Part shown: positions 43,384-53,895 of the stretch, one piece after another
How the letters are laid out: each line of letters starts with the position of its first letter
Numbering within the stretch: position 1 is the first letter of the stretch
Assembly: GCA_044337015.1 (NCBI GenBank)
Contig: JBIIOJ010000001.1
Location: 1-57,850 of the forward strand
DNA length: 57,850 bases
Source: Pirellulales bacterium
Lineage (GTDB): Bacteria > Planctomycetota > Planctomycetia > Pirellulales > UBA1268
Direction: 5' to 3'
The notes under the pieces: model-generated
What the model was told of the DNA's origin: nothing
The model's input: only the letters and a program-made list of their open reading frames with translations
Databases searched by the model: none
Translations under genes and position numbers: made by a program

Positions 43384-44868
43384 TCAGGCCAGGATGCCCT
43401 TCACGACATGGCCGTGCACGTCGGTGAGGCGGAACTGGCGGCCCTGGTAGCGGAAGGTGAGCTTCGTGTGGTCGATGCCCGCGAGGTGCATGATCGTGGC
43501 CTGCATGTCGTGCACGTGGACGGGATTGGCCGTGATGTTCCAGGCGTAGTCGTCGGTCGAGCCGTGGACGTGGCCGGCCTTCGCGCCGCCGCCGGCGAGC
43601 ACCCAGGAGAAGGCCCTGCCGAAGTGGTCGCGGCCCTTGGGGTTGGCGGGATCCCCCTGGCCGAACGGAGTGCGGCCGAACTCGCCCCCCCAGACGACGA
43701 GCGTGTCTTCGAGCAGGCCGCGGTCCTTGAGATCCTGGACGAGCGCCGCGGTCGGGGCGTCGGTGTCCTTGCACTGCTCCGCGAGCTGCGTGAAGAGGTT
43801 GCCGTGCTGGTCCCAGCCGGCGTGCATGAGCTGCACGAACCGCGTGCCCCGCTCGAGGAGCCGCCTGGCGATGAGGCAGTTGTAGGCGAACGTGCCCTTC
43901 GTCCTCACGTCGGGACCGTAGCGGTCGATCACATGCTTCGGCTCGTCGCTGAAGTCCACGAGATCCGGAACGCTCGCCTGCATCCGGTAGGCCATCTCGT
44001 ACTGCGCGATCCGCGTGTCGATCTCAGGGTCGCCGTAGTCGGCGAGGTGCTTGGCGTTCATCGCGGCCAGGTCGTCGAGGAGCACCCTGCGAGCCTCCCG
44101 GCTGACGCCGGATGGATTGTCGAGATACGGCACCGGCTCGCCCGTGTTGCGGAACTTCACCCCCTGGAACCGGGTCGGCAGGAAGCCGCTGCCCCAGTAG
44201 TAGTCGAAAAACAATTGCCCGCAGGTCTTGCCCTTGTCGCTCGAGGTCATCACGACGAATGCCGGCAGGTCCTCCGTCTCGCAGCCGAGGCCGTAGCTCA
44301 TCCAGGCCCCCATGCTCGGCCGACCGGGCACCTGGGCGCCGCTGAGGAAGAAGGTCACGCCGGGGGCGTGGTTCACGGCCTCCGTGTTCATGCTCCGCAC
44401 GAGGCAGAGGTCGTCGGCAAGCCCGCCGATGTTCGGCACAAGCTCGCTCATCTCCATCCCGCACTGTCCGTATTTTTTGAAGGGTTTGATCGGGGAGACG
44501 ACCGGCCACTTCGCATAGCCGCTCGACATCGTCGAGAGCCGCGTCTGGCCGCGGACGGTCGCGGGGATGTCCTGGCCGCCGCGATTCATGAGTTCGGGCT
44601 TGGGGTCGAAGAGATCGACGTGCGACGGCCCGCCCCCCTGCCAGAGCATCACCACCCGCTTCGCCTTCGGCTCGTGGTGCGGCAGCCCGGGCAACCCGGG
44701 CATTCCTCGGGAAGCCGACGAGGACGACGCCGCGGCGACCGAATCCTGCCGGAGCAGCGATGCGAGCGCCACCGAGCCGATCCCCATGCCCGCCGAGCCG
44801 AAGAGCTGGCGACGGGTCTGAAAAAGGTGCCAGCCACCAAATCTGGGTAATTTCATTTGATCATCCAT
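43384..44868 (-). CDS. DUF1501 (sulfatase-like) protein with twin-arginine signal
   Basis: QTRRQLFGSAGMGIGSVALA is a Tat signal. GGGPSHVDLFDPKP, WDQHGN, VWGGEFGRTP and GRDHF are DUF1501 blocks. The start codon (44868, or 44856) lies inside the loop of the palindromic element described below. Confidence 0.9.
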   Translation of the reverse strand: MDDQMKLPRFGGWHLFQTRRQLFGSAGMGIGSVALASLLRQDSVAAASSSSASRGMPGLPGLPHHEPKAKRVVMLWQGGGPSHVDLFDPKPELMNRGGQDIPATVRGQTRLSTMSSGYAKWPVVSPIKPFKKYGQCGMEMSELVPNIGGLADDLCLVRSMNTEAVNHAPGVTFFLSGAQVPGRPSMGAWMSYGLGCETEDLPAFVVMTSSDKGKTCGQLFFDYYWGSGFLPTRFQGVKFRNTGEPVPYLDNPSGVSREARRVLLDDLAAMNAKHLADYGDPEIDTRIAQYEMAYRMQASVPDLVDFSDEPKHVIDRYGPDVRTKGTFAYNCLIARRLLERGTRFVQLMHAGWDQHGNLFTQLAEQCKDTDAPTAALVQDLKDRGLLEDTLVVWGGEFGRTPFGQGDPANPKGRDHFGRAFSWVLAGGGAKAGHVHGSTDDYAWNITANPVHVHDMQATIMHLAGIDHTKLTFRYQGRQFRLTDVHGHVVKGILA

Positions 44869-44916
44869 GCAAGACGCCTGCCCAAATTAACCAGATTTGG
44901 TGGCTGGCACCTTTTT
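44821..44916. repeat. 96-nt palindromic element: perfect 26-bp inverted repeat with 44-nt AT-rich spacer (MITE-like element or large RNA hairpin)
   Basis: 44821-44846 AAAAAGGTGCCAGCCACCAAATCTGG is the exact reverse complement of 44891-44916. The spacer is markedly AT-rich compared with the rest of the window. TCT occurs at 44817-19 and 44917-19. Confidence 0.9.
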
Positions 44917-44936
44917 TCTTTTTTTCGGTCATCGCT

Positions 44937-47516
44937 TCACTCCCGCGTGAGGGCCTCGTCGAGGTTGAAGATAGCGAGGCAGACGCTCGTCATCGCCGCG
45001 TGGTCGGCAGGGTCGAGCGACTTGTCGCGGGGGCTTTCACCGACGGCGAGCAGCTGCTTCACGGCATCCATGTCGGTGCCGTAGATCGCGAGCTGGCGGG
45101 CGTGCATCCGCTTCAGGGCCTCGAGGTCGTACGGCGTCGGCGTGCGGCCGAGGATGCGGCGGAAGGCGTGGGTGAGCCGTCCGTCGAGGTCGAAGCCGGC
45201 GAGCATGCTCTTCTCCGCGAGCACCCGCGACGCCTCGACCCAGGTCGGATCGTTGAGCGTGGTGAGCGCGTGGAGCGGCGTGCTCGTGCGGCTCGCGCGG
45301 ACGGTGCAGGTCTGGCGGTTGGCGGTGTCGAACATGTTCGCCGGGCTCACCGTCCGCCGCCAGAACGTGTAGAGGCTGCGGCGGTAGAGGTCGGGGCCGT
45401 GCGAGGCGGGATAGGTGAAGTCTCGCTCCTTCGTGATCGCAAGCGCCTCCCAGATCGCGTCGGGCTGGTAGGGGTAGACGGGCTGGCCGCCGATCCGCAG
45501 GTCGATCAAGCCGCTCGCCACGAGGGCCACGTCGCGCAGCACCATCGACGGCATCCGGAACCGGCTCGCGCGGGCGTGGAGCCTGTTCTCCGGGTCCTTG
45601 GCCAGGTGATCGGCCGTCACCTTGCTCGACTGCCGGTACGTGGCGCTCGTCACGAGCAGGCGGTGCATCTTCTTCTGGCTCCAGCCCTGCTCGCGGAACT
45701 CGACCGCCAGCCAGTCGAGCAGGTCCATGTGCTGCGGATACTCGCTCTGCACGCCCATGTCCTCGGTCGTCTTCACGATTCCCGTGCCGAAGAGCTGCTG
45801 CCACATCCGGTTCACCTGCACCCGTGCGGTGAGAGGATGCTCCGGGAGGAAGAGCCACTTCGCGAGCCCGAGCCGATTTCGCGGAAAGCCCTCGGGCAGC
45901 CGCGGCAGGAATGCCGGGGGCAGGAAGGTGAGCTTCTCGCCGACGGGCGAGAGATAGTCGCCGCGGTCGAGGATCTTCGTCTCACGCGGCTTCTCGTCGC
46001 TCATCACCATCACCCGTGGGATCTGGTCGCCCTTGTATTCCTCGTAGGCCTTCTTGGCGGCGTCGTAGGCGGTGACCTGTGGCAGGTTCTTGATGACGCG
46101 AGGTTTCACTTTCGTGTCGAAGTGGGCGCGGAGTCCCCCCTCGATCGATTTCTTGTCTTCCTCGGTCCGCTCTGCCTCGGGCTTCCGCAGCAGCGGCGTG
46201 AGGTACCGGGACAGATCCTCGCCGTCGGCAGCCTCGCCATCGGAAAACAGGCCGTCTTTCCACGATGCGTAGAGGGCGTCGATCACCGGCTTCGCCTCCG
46301 ACTCACGGGCCTTCATGGCGGCCTCGAGATCGGCCAGCCGACGGGTGTTCTCCTCGGAGGGCAATTCCACGATCGGCGGGGCGACGCGGATCCGAGTGGA
46401 GAATCGCGTCGGCTCGCCCGTCTCCGGGAGCCTGTTGAAGGCGTCGAGCAGGCCGTAGTAGTCGGTCCGCGTCATCGGGTCGTACTTGTGGTCGTGGCAC
46501 TGGGCGCAGGCCATCGTGAGGCCCAGCCACGTCGTGCTCGTCGTGTCCACCCGGTCGAAGAGGTTGTTGAAACGCTGCTCCTCGGGGATCGCGCCCCCCT
46601 CGCCGTTCAAGAGATGGTTGCGGTTGAAGCCGCTGGCGATCTTCTGCTCGGTGGTCGCGTTCGGGAGGAGGTCGCCGGCCAGCTGCTCGATCGAGAACTG
46701 GTCGAACGGCATGTCGGCGTTGAGTGCCTTCACGACCCAGTCCCGCCAGATCCACTGCCAGGTGTCGCCGTCCTGCTGGAAGCCGTTGCTGTCGGCGTAG
46801 CGGGCGGCGTCGAGCCAGGGAAGCGCCATCCGCTCGCCGTAGTGGGGCGAGGCCAGCAGCCGGTCGACGAGCTTTTCGTAGGCGTCCGGATCGGGATCGG
46901 CGACGAAGGCGTCGACCTCCTCGGGCGTCGGCGGAAGCCCCGTGAGGTCGGCGTGGAGCCGGCGAATGAGCACGGCCCGATCGGCCTCCGGCGACGGCGC
47001 GAGGCCCGCCGCCTCGATCTTCGCAAGCACGAATCGGTCGATGGCATTTCGCACCCAGTCGGCCCGCCTCACTTCCGGCGGCACCGGACGCGCTGGCGGG
47101 GTGAACGCCCAGTGGGGCTCGTATTCGGCACCCTGCTTGATCCAGCGTTCGAGAATCGTCTTCTGCTCTTCCGAGAGCCGCCGATTGGAGTTCGGCGGCG
47201 GCATCAGGACGTCAGGGTCGGTCGAGTGGATCCGCTCGAGGATAGCGCTCGCGCCAGGCTCACCCGGCGCGATCGCCCCGGCCTCGATCGCGGCGGCCCG
47301 ATCATCGAGCCTGAGATCGGCCTCCCGCTTCGCCGGATCCTGGCCGTGGCAGTAAAGGCAGTTTTCCGACAGGATCGGCCGGACGTCGCGGTTGAAGTCG
47401 AGCGGCGCTGGCGGGTCGGCGGCCGGAGATGCCGACGCAATCGCCGCACCCATCACGAAGCCGACCCGGACGAGCCGGGCTACGCGAACGCCTCGAGAAA
47501 AAACCGAGCAACCCAT
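44937..47516 (-). CDS. PSCyt1/DUF1549/DUF1553/PSD1 planctomycete cytochrome-domain protein
   Basis: The 859-aa product has a signal peptide, the haem motif ENCLYCHGQD, CAQCHDHKYDP and RVQVNRMWQQLFG. It has no LamG-like insert, unlike the other copy. Confidence 0.9.
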   Translation of the reverse strand: MGCSVFSRGVRVARLVRVGFVMGAAIASASPAADPPAPLDFNRDVRPILSENCLYCHGQDPAKREADLRLDDRAAAIEAGAIAPGEPGASAILERIHSTDPDVLMPPPNSNRRLSEEQKTILERWIKQGAEYEPHWAFTPPARPVPPEVRRADWVRNAIDRFVLAKIEAAGLAPSPEADRAVLIRRLHADLTGLPPTPEEVDAFVADPDPDAYEKLVDRLLASPHYGERMALPWLDAARYADSNGFQQDGDTWQWIWRDWVVKALNADMPFDQFSIEQLAGDLLPNATTEQKIASGFNRNHLLNGEGGAIPEEQRFNNLFDRVDTTSTTWLGLTMACAQCHDHKYDPMTRTDYYGLLDAFNRLPETGEPTRFSTRIRVAPPIVELPSEENTRRLADLEAAMKARESEAKPVIDALYASWKDGLFSDGEAADGEDLSRYLTPLLRKPEAERTEEDKKSIEGGLRAHFDTKVKPRVIKNLPQVTAYDAAKKAYEEYKGDQIPRVMVMSDEKPRETKILDRGDYLSPVGEKLTFLPPAFLPRLPEGFPRNRLGLAKWLFLPEHPLTARVQVNRMWQQLFGTGIVKTTEDMGVQSEYPQHMDLLDWLAVEFREQGWSQKKMHRLLVTSATYRQSSKVTADHLAKDPENRLHARASRFRMPSMVLRDVALVASGLIDLRIGGQPVYPYQPDAIWEALAITKERDFTYPASHGPDLYRRSLYTFWRRTVSPANMFDTANRQTCTVRASRTSTPLHALTTLNDPTWVEASRVLAEKSMLAGFDLDGRLTHAFRRILGRTPTPYDLEALKRMHARQLAIYGTDMDAVKQLLAVGESPRDKSLDPADHAAMTSVCLAIFNLDEALTRE

Positions 47517-47671
47517 GGAACCTCTTCCTCGGGGTTACCCGCGTCGCCGATCCGGCGGCCACAGGCCGGGGATCGCGGACCACAGAGGTCGATCGGCGGG
47601 ACGATTGAACTCTTTAAATGTAGCACCCCGCAGAGGGCCGGGCCACCGAGTTTTGGTCGTAGAATGCCGCG

Positions 47672-49486
<1,815 letters not shown>

Positions 49487-49504
49487 GAAGAAATGGCACC
49501 CATT

Positions 49505-50188
49505 TCACCGCGTGCCGACGAAGACGCGGTTCCAGCTGTTGCTCGTCGGATGCGTTCGGGCCTTCACCACCTCGACGTCGAAACCCGCCGCCTCCATGGC
49601 CGCCGCGAAGGCCGGGTCGTCGCCTGCCGACCACACGGCGAGCCGGCCGCGGGGCTTGAGCGCCGCCCGCGCGGCCCCCAGGCCGGTCGCGCGGTAGAGC
49701 CGGCCGTTGGCCGCGGCCGTGAGCCCGGCCGCGCCGTTGTCGACGTCGAGCATGATCGCGTCGAACTCACTGCGGCTCCCACGAAGCAACTCTGCCACGT
49801 CGCCCACGACGATTTCCACCCGCGGGTCGTCGATCACGTCGGCGGTGAGACCGTACGCCGGATCGCGATTCCAGGCGACGACCGCGGGCACGAGCTCGGC
49901 GACGACCACCCGGGCGTCGGGCCCCGCGTGCCGCAGCGTCTCCCGGAGCGTGAAGCCGAGGCCGAGGCCGCCGATGAGCACGGCGGCGCGAGGCCGGTCA
50001 CGAAGCCCCGCGCAGGCCAGCTCCGCGAGCCGCTCCTCCGAATGATGCTGCCGCGTCGACATCAGCTCCACGCCGCCGACGCGGATCGAGATCGTGCCGT
50101 CGTGCTCGTGGAGCGTGAGCGGCCGGCCGTCGGGCGTGACGGCCCTGTCGAGAAGACGGGTGGGTTTCATGTCGGGGTCACCCGTCAC
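49505..50188 (-). CDS. Spermidine synthase-like (PABS-fold) methyltransferase-superfamily protein
   Basis: The Rossmann motif VLIGGLGLGFTLRETL and ...VVVAELVPAVV...DAIMLDVDNG resemble spermine/spermidine synthase-like proteins. The GTG start overlaps the upstream stop, and an alternative ATG lies at 50170. Confidence 0.65.
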   Translation of the reverse strand: MTGDPDMKPTRLLDRAVTPDGRPLTLHEHDGTISIRVGGVELMSTRQHHSEERLAELACAGLRDRPRAAVLIGGLGLGFTLRETLRHAGPDARVVVAELVPAVVAWNRDPAYGLTADVIDDPRVEIVVGDVAELLRGSRSEFDAIMLDVDNGAAGLTAAANGRLYRATGLGAARAALKPRGRLAVWSAGDDPAFAAAMEAAGFDVEVVKARTHPTSNSWNRVFVGTR

Positions 50189-50670
50189 TCAGGAAGCGCG
50201 GTCCAGCGGTCGAACGTCGCCGCCTGGCCGTGGAGGCGGCCGTCGGCGTCAATCACGTTCCACAAGATTGCCCGCTCGATCCGGAATCGTCGGCCCGTTC
50301 GCGAGATCCGGATGCCGGAATAGTCGTCCACGTAGCCATCTCGCGTCGTCCTCGCCAAGAGCCTCGCCCGCTCGTCGCGGTGGACCGGCTCCGCGGTGAG
50401 CCGGGAGGGCGTCTGCACGAACGACTCGAAATCCATCTCCCAGAGGTCGAGCGCCGCGCGGTTGCCATAGTTGAGCACGGGATCGGCCTCGGTACCGTGC
50501 GACACGACCACGAAGGGGGCGAAAAAAAGCCGCTCCGCCCGCTGCTCCGCCGAGCCATCCCCCGGCAAGAGCTCGCGGCCGAGCAGCCTCGCGAAAGAAC
50601 TCAAAAGGAGCTGCGCATGACCGCACCTCCACGGATCGTCCCAAGCGGTTTCTGCGGCGGATTTTTCCAA
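50185..50670 (-). CDS. MEKHLA domain protein
   Basis: In the 161-aa product, FFAPFVVVSHGTEADPVLNYGNRAALDLWEMDFESFVQTPSRLTAEP...RARLL...GYVDDYSGIRISRTGRRFRIERAILWNVIDADGRLHGQAATFDRW matches the stand-alone bacterial MEKHLA (PAS-like) domain consensus as I recall it. Confidence 0.75.
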   Translation of the reverse strand: MEKSAAETAWDDPWRCGHAQLLLSSFARLLGRELLPGDGSAEQRAERLFFAPFVVVSHGTEADPVLNYGNRAALDLWEMDFESFVQTPSRLTAEPVHRDERARLLARTTRDGYVDDYSGIRISRTGRRFRIERAILWNVIDADGRLHGQAATFDRWTALPE

Positions 50671-50695
50671 CGTTCTTCGTTTCGGCTACGAGACG

Positions 50696-51103
50696 TCACC
50701 GAGACGCCCAAAGCCTGAATGCTGCATGTTTGGACGCCGCCACGAAATCACGGTCCGTGGACAACAGCGTCAGGTCGTGCCTGCGACAGAGCTGGATCAG
50801 CAGCGCATCAATCGTGCCGATCTGCACTCCGCGGCGACGGCACGCATTTCGCACCTCTGCCGCCTCGATGTGATCCTCTCGGTCCGGTTGCAGGAACGCA
50901 ATCGACGCGAGCCGCTCCGCGAGTTGATGGCGGGCCTTCGGTCCAGTGAAACCCTGGAGCAACTCCTGCACGATGAGGCCCGTTGTGAAGACGTCATCCG
51001 CGCCGACGAGCGCGGAACGCAACGCCGCAACCTCCGGCGCGGACTGCTCGCCATCTCGGCGAAACGCCAACGACCAGACGCTTGTATCGACAAGGATGTT
51101 CAT
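50696..51103 (-). CDS. vapC: PIN-domain toxin VapC
   Basis: I use the internal ATG. MNILVDTSVWSLAFRRD..., ...VQELLQG... and IGTIDALLIQLCRRHDLTLLSTDRDF carry the PIN acidic residues (D6, E, D, D). The ATG overlaps the vapB stop (ATGA). Confidence 0.85.
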   Translation of the reverse strand: MNILVDTSVWSLAFRRDGEQSAPEVAALRSALVGADDVFTTGLIVQELLQGFTGPKARHQLAERLASIAFLQPDREDHIEAAEVRNACRRRGVQIGTIDALLIQLCRRHDLTLLSTDRDFVAASKHAAFRLWASR

Positions 51104-51303
51104 CGACGACGCGATCGCTCGGACTTGTAGTCGAACGACGGATCCCACTCCAGTTTTCCAAACAGTTCGGCGACCCGCTTCTGCTGCCGTCGAGCGATGA
51201 ATTCCCGAAGCGCGCGAGTCACGGCAGCCTTTTTGGTGGGCTCTCCGCTGATGCGAAAGGCCCGGTCAAGAAGATCGGGGTCGAGTGCGAGATTGGTTGC
51301 CAT
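51100..51303 (-). CDS. vapB: VapB-type antitoxin (DUF2191-like)
   Basis: The 67-aa product MATNLALDPDLLDRAFRISGEPTKKAAVTRALREFIARRQQ... is typical of type II VapB antitoxins. GGAGG (complement of 51312-51316) lies 8 nt upstream of the ATG at 51303. The rest of the 331-aa track ORF is an upstream read-through. Confidence 0.75.
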   Translation of the reverse strand: MATNLALDPDLLDRAFRISGEPTKKAAVTRALREFIARRQQKRVAELFGKLEWDPSFDYKSERSRRR

Positions 51304-51405
51304 GTGTGATACCTCCAGCAGAAGCTTACACACGGTCGGCCATCCGGCAAAGCAGCCTGCGTCACCATATATGATCGTGATCCGGTCACCCGTCCATCCA
51401 CGCGT

Positions 51406-52731
51406 ATGCACCACCCCTCGCTGCCACCGGCCCGCTCCCCGACGACTGCCCACGACGTCGTCATCGTCGGGGCCGGCGCGGCCGGGCTCTTCGCGGCGAT
51501 CCACGCCGGCAGGACGGCGCGGACCCGCGGCATCCCGGTCTCCATCGCAGCGGTCGACGGCGCGCGGAAGCTCGGGGCGAAGATCCTCGTGGCCGGCGGC
51601 GGACGCTGTAACGTCACGCACTGGAAGGTGACCGAGGGAGACTTCGCAGGCAGCACGCCTCCGGCGATCCGCAGGGTGCTCGCCCGGTTCGACGCCGACG
51701 CCGCGGTCGCATTCTTCCGGGAGGCCGGGGTCGAGCTGAAGCGGGAGGAGACGGGGAAGCTCTTTCCCGTGACCGACTCGGCGAGGACGGTGCTCGAGGC
51801 GCTCCTGCGGGAGGCGATCGACGCCGGCGCCGCGCTGCTTCATCCGGCGAGGGTGACATCGATCGAGAAGACCACCGACGGATTCCACATCGTGATCGAC
51901 GAAACCGCGATCGACAACACCGCAGCGGAAGCCCGGTCGCTCACGGCACGGCGGGTGATCCTCGCGACGGGAGGCAAGTCGCTGCCGAAATCGGGGTCCG
52001 ACGGGCTCGGGCTCGAGCTCGCCAAACGCCTCGGCCACTCGGTGACGAGCCCGGTCGTGCCCGCGCTCGTGCCGATCGTGCTCGAGAGCGGTCACTGGAT
52101 CACGTCGCTCTCCGGCCTCACGCTGCCCGCCGAGATCGTCCTCGTCTCACCGACGGGCAAGCGGCTGCAGTCGTGCACCGGCAGCACGCTCTGCACCCAC
52201 TTCGGCCTCTCCGGGCCGGCCGTCCTCGACATCAGCCGCCACTGGCTCGTGGCCCGCGACGCCGAGCCGCGGGTGAAGCTCACGATGAACTGGCTGCCCG
52301 GCATCCCGCCCGAGGTGTTCGACCGGATGCTGCTCGACGCCGCGCCACGGCCGGCTGTCGCCGTGCTTCGCGACCACCTGCCCGACCGGCTCGCGAGGGC
52401 GCTCTGCGACGTCGCCGGCGCGACCGCGGGCGACCTCACCCGCGAGGCGCGGCGACGGCTCGTGCAGGCGGCCACGGCCACGCCGTTGCCCGTGGTCGGC
52501 GACCGCGGCTTTGCGATCGCCGAGGCGACCGCGGGGGGCGTGCCGCTTTCGGAAGTGCGGCTGGAGACGATGGAGAGCCGCCTCTGCCCGGGGCTTCACT
52601 TCGCTGGGGAGGTGCTCGACGTCGATGGCCGCATCGGCGGCTTCAACTTTCAGTGGGCCTGGGCGAGCGGCTTCGTCGCAGGCTCGTCGGCCACCGCGTC
52701 TTTCGCCGGCGGCGAGAAGGTGATCTCGTAG
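51406..52731 (+). CDS. HI0933/BaiN-family NAD(P)/FAD-dependent oxidoreductase
   Basis: Motifs are HDVVIVGAGAAGLFAAI, KILVAGGGRCNVTH and the C-terminal DVDGRIGGFNFQWAWASGFVAG. Confidence 0.85.
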   Translation: MHHPSLPPARSPTTAHDVVIVGAGAAGLFAAIHAGRTARTRGIPVSIAAVDGARKLGAKILVAGGGRCNVTHWKVTEGDFAGSTPPAIRRVLARFDADAAVAFFREAGVELKREETGKLFPVTDSARTVLEALLREAIDAGAALLHPARVTSIEKTTDGFHIVIDETAIDNTAAEARSLTARRVILATGGKSLPKSGSDGLGLELAKRLGHSVTSPVVPALVPIVLESGHWITSLSGLTLPAEIVLVSPTGKRLQSCTGSTLCTHFGLSGPAVLDISRHWLVARDAEPRVKLTMNWLPGIPPEVFDRMLLDAAPRPAVAVLRDHLPDRLARALCDVAGATAGDLTREARRRLVQAATATPLPVVGDRGFAIAEATAGGVPLSEVRLETMESRLCPGLHFAGEVLDVDGRIGGFNFQWAWASGFVAGSSATASFAGGEKVIS

Positions 52732-53894
52732 ACCCGCTCCCCCTGCGTGAGGTCGATCGACCGGACGTCGGCGGCATCGGGCAATCCGCCACGGCTCGCA
52801 AGCAGGCCGTCCACCGCCGCCACGACGTCGCGGATGTCGATGTCCCGCATGCAGACGTCGTTGATCGGGCAGGGAACCCGCAGGTTGCAGGGAGAGCACG
52901 ACCGCGACGCGCGGACGAGGGCATGCGGCGTCTTCCACGGGCCCCAGCGAGACGGGTCCATCGGCCCGAAGATCGCCACGACCGGCACGCCGAACGACGC
53001 GGCCAGGTGCACGAGGCCCGTGTCGATCCCCACGCAGAGATCCATCCGGGAAAGCAGCGCAGCGGTCTCCCGCAGCCCGAACGCATCGGAAAAATCGTGG
53101 ATCCGCCCCGCCACCTTCGGGCCCACCATCGCAAGAAGCGTCGCGTGGGTCCGCCGGTCGGCAGGGCCGCCGCAGAGGAAGATGTCGGCGTCGCGGGCCT
53201 GCACGATCGCCGCGATCGCGGATGCGAACCGGTCGAGCGGCCACTGCTTCGACGGGTTGGTCGAGCAGGGGGCGACGAACACCCGCGGCCCGTGTTTTTC
53301 CGGCAGGCTACGCGCGACCGAACGCACCGCCTCGGCGGCGACCCAGTTCTCGTTGTGGCCGTCGTCCACCTCGATGCCATCGGCCCGCAGGAGATCGAGG
53401 AAGAGTTCGGCCTCGTGCCGCGTTTCGTCGATCCGCACCGCCCGCGAAAAGAGGAGACCTCTCCCCTCCGACGCGAATCCCACGCGGTGCGGGATGCGGG
53501 CAAGCGCGCAGACCAGTGCGCTCGAAAACGATCGCTTGAGCACGTAGGCCCGATCGTAGCGGCGCGACCGCAGCCAGCGGGCGGTGGCGAGGATGTTGGC
53601 GATCGCCCGCGGCATGAGCCCCCGCTCGGCTGCGGGGCGGTGCCAGGTGATGAGCTCGTCCTTGTAGGGGCAGTCGGCGAGCACCTCGCCCGACCCGCGG
53701 TCGACGAGCACGTCGATCACGGCGTCGGGAAAATGCCGCCGCAGGTTCCGCAGGAAAGGGATCGCGAGCACCGTGTCGCCGATGAATCGGTTGCGGACGA
53801 CGAGAATCCTCGGGCTGCCGTCGCGGCCCGAAGATGCGGCCCGCGGCGAGGTCTCGTCGGCGATTTCGTCGGCGATTTCGGTGACGGCGATCAT
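52650..53894 (-). CDS. Family 9 glycosyltransferase (heptosyltransferase-like)
   Basis: Motifs are ILVVRNRFIGDTVLAIPFLRNLR and LCVGIDTGLVHLAASFGVPVVAIFGP. The ATG lies 1 nt after the bamA stop (TAG-C-ATG). The 3' end overlaps the convergent oxidoreductase gene by 82 nt. Confidence 0.85.
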   Translation of the reverse strand: MIAVTEIADEIADETSPRAASSGRDGSPRILVVRNRFIGDTVLAIPFLRNLRRHFPDAVIDVLVDRGSGEVLADCPYKDELITWHRPAAERGLMPRAIANILATARWLRSRRYDRAYVLKRSFSSALVCALARIPHRVGFASEGRGLLFSRAVRIDETRHEAELFLDLLRADGIEVDDGHNENWVAAEAVRSVARSLPEKHGPRVFVAPCSTNPSKQWPLDRFASAIAAIVQARDADIFLCGGPADRRTHATLLAMVGPKVAGRIHDFSDAFGLRETAALLSRMDLCVGIDTGLVHLAASFGVPVVAIFGPMDPSRWGPWKTPHALVRASRSCSPCNLRVPCPINDVCMRDIDIRDVVAAVDGLLASRGGLPDAADVRSIDLTQGERVYEITFSPPAKDAVADEPATKPLAQAH

Positions 53895-53895
53895 G

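Noticed and set aside
51304-51333. GTGTG...CACAC partial dyad upstream of vapB, considered as a possible VapB operator.
   Set aside because: The arms are only 5 bp with a 19-nt spacer, and the extended half-sites are mismatched. This is indistinguishable from chance.
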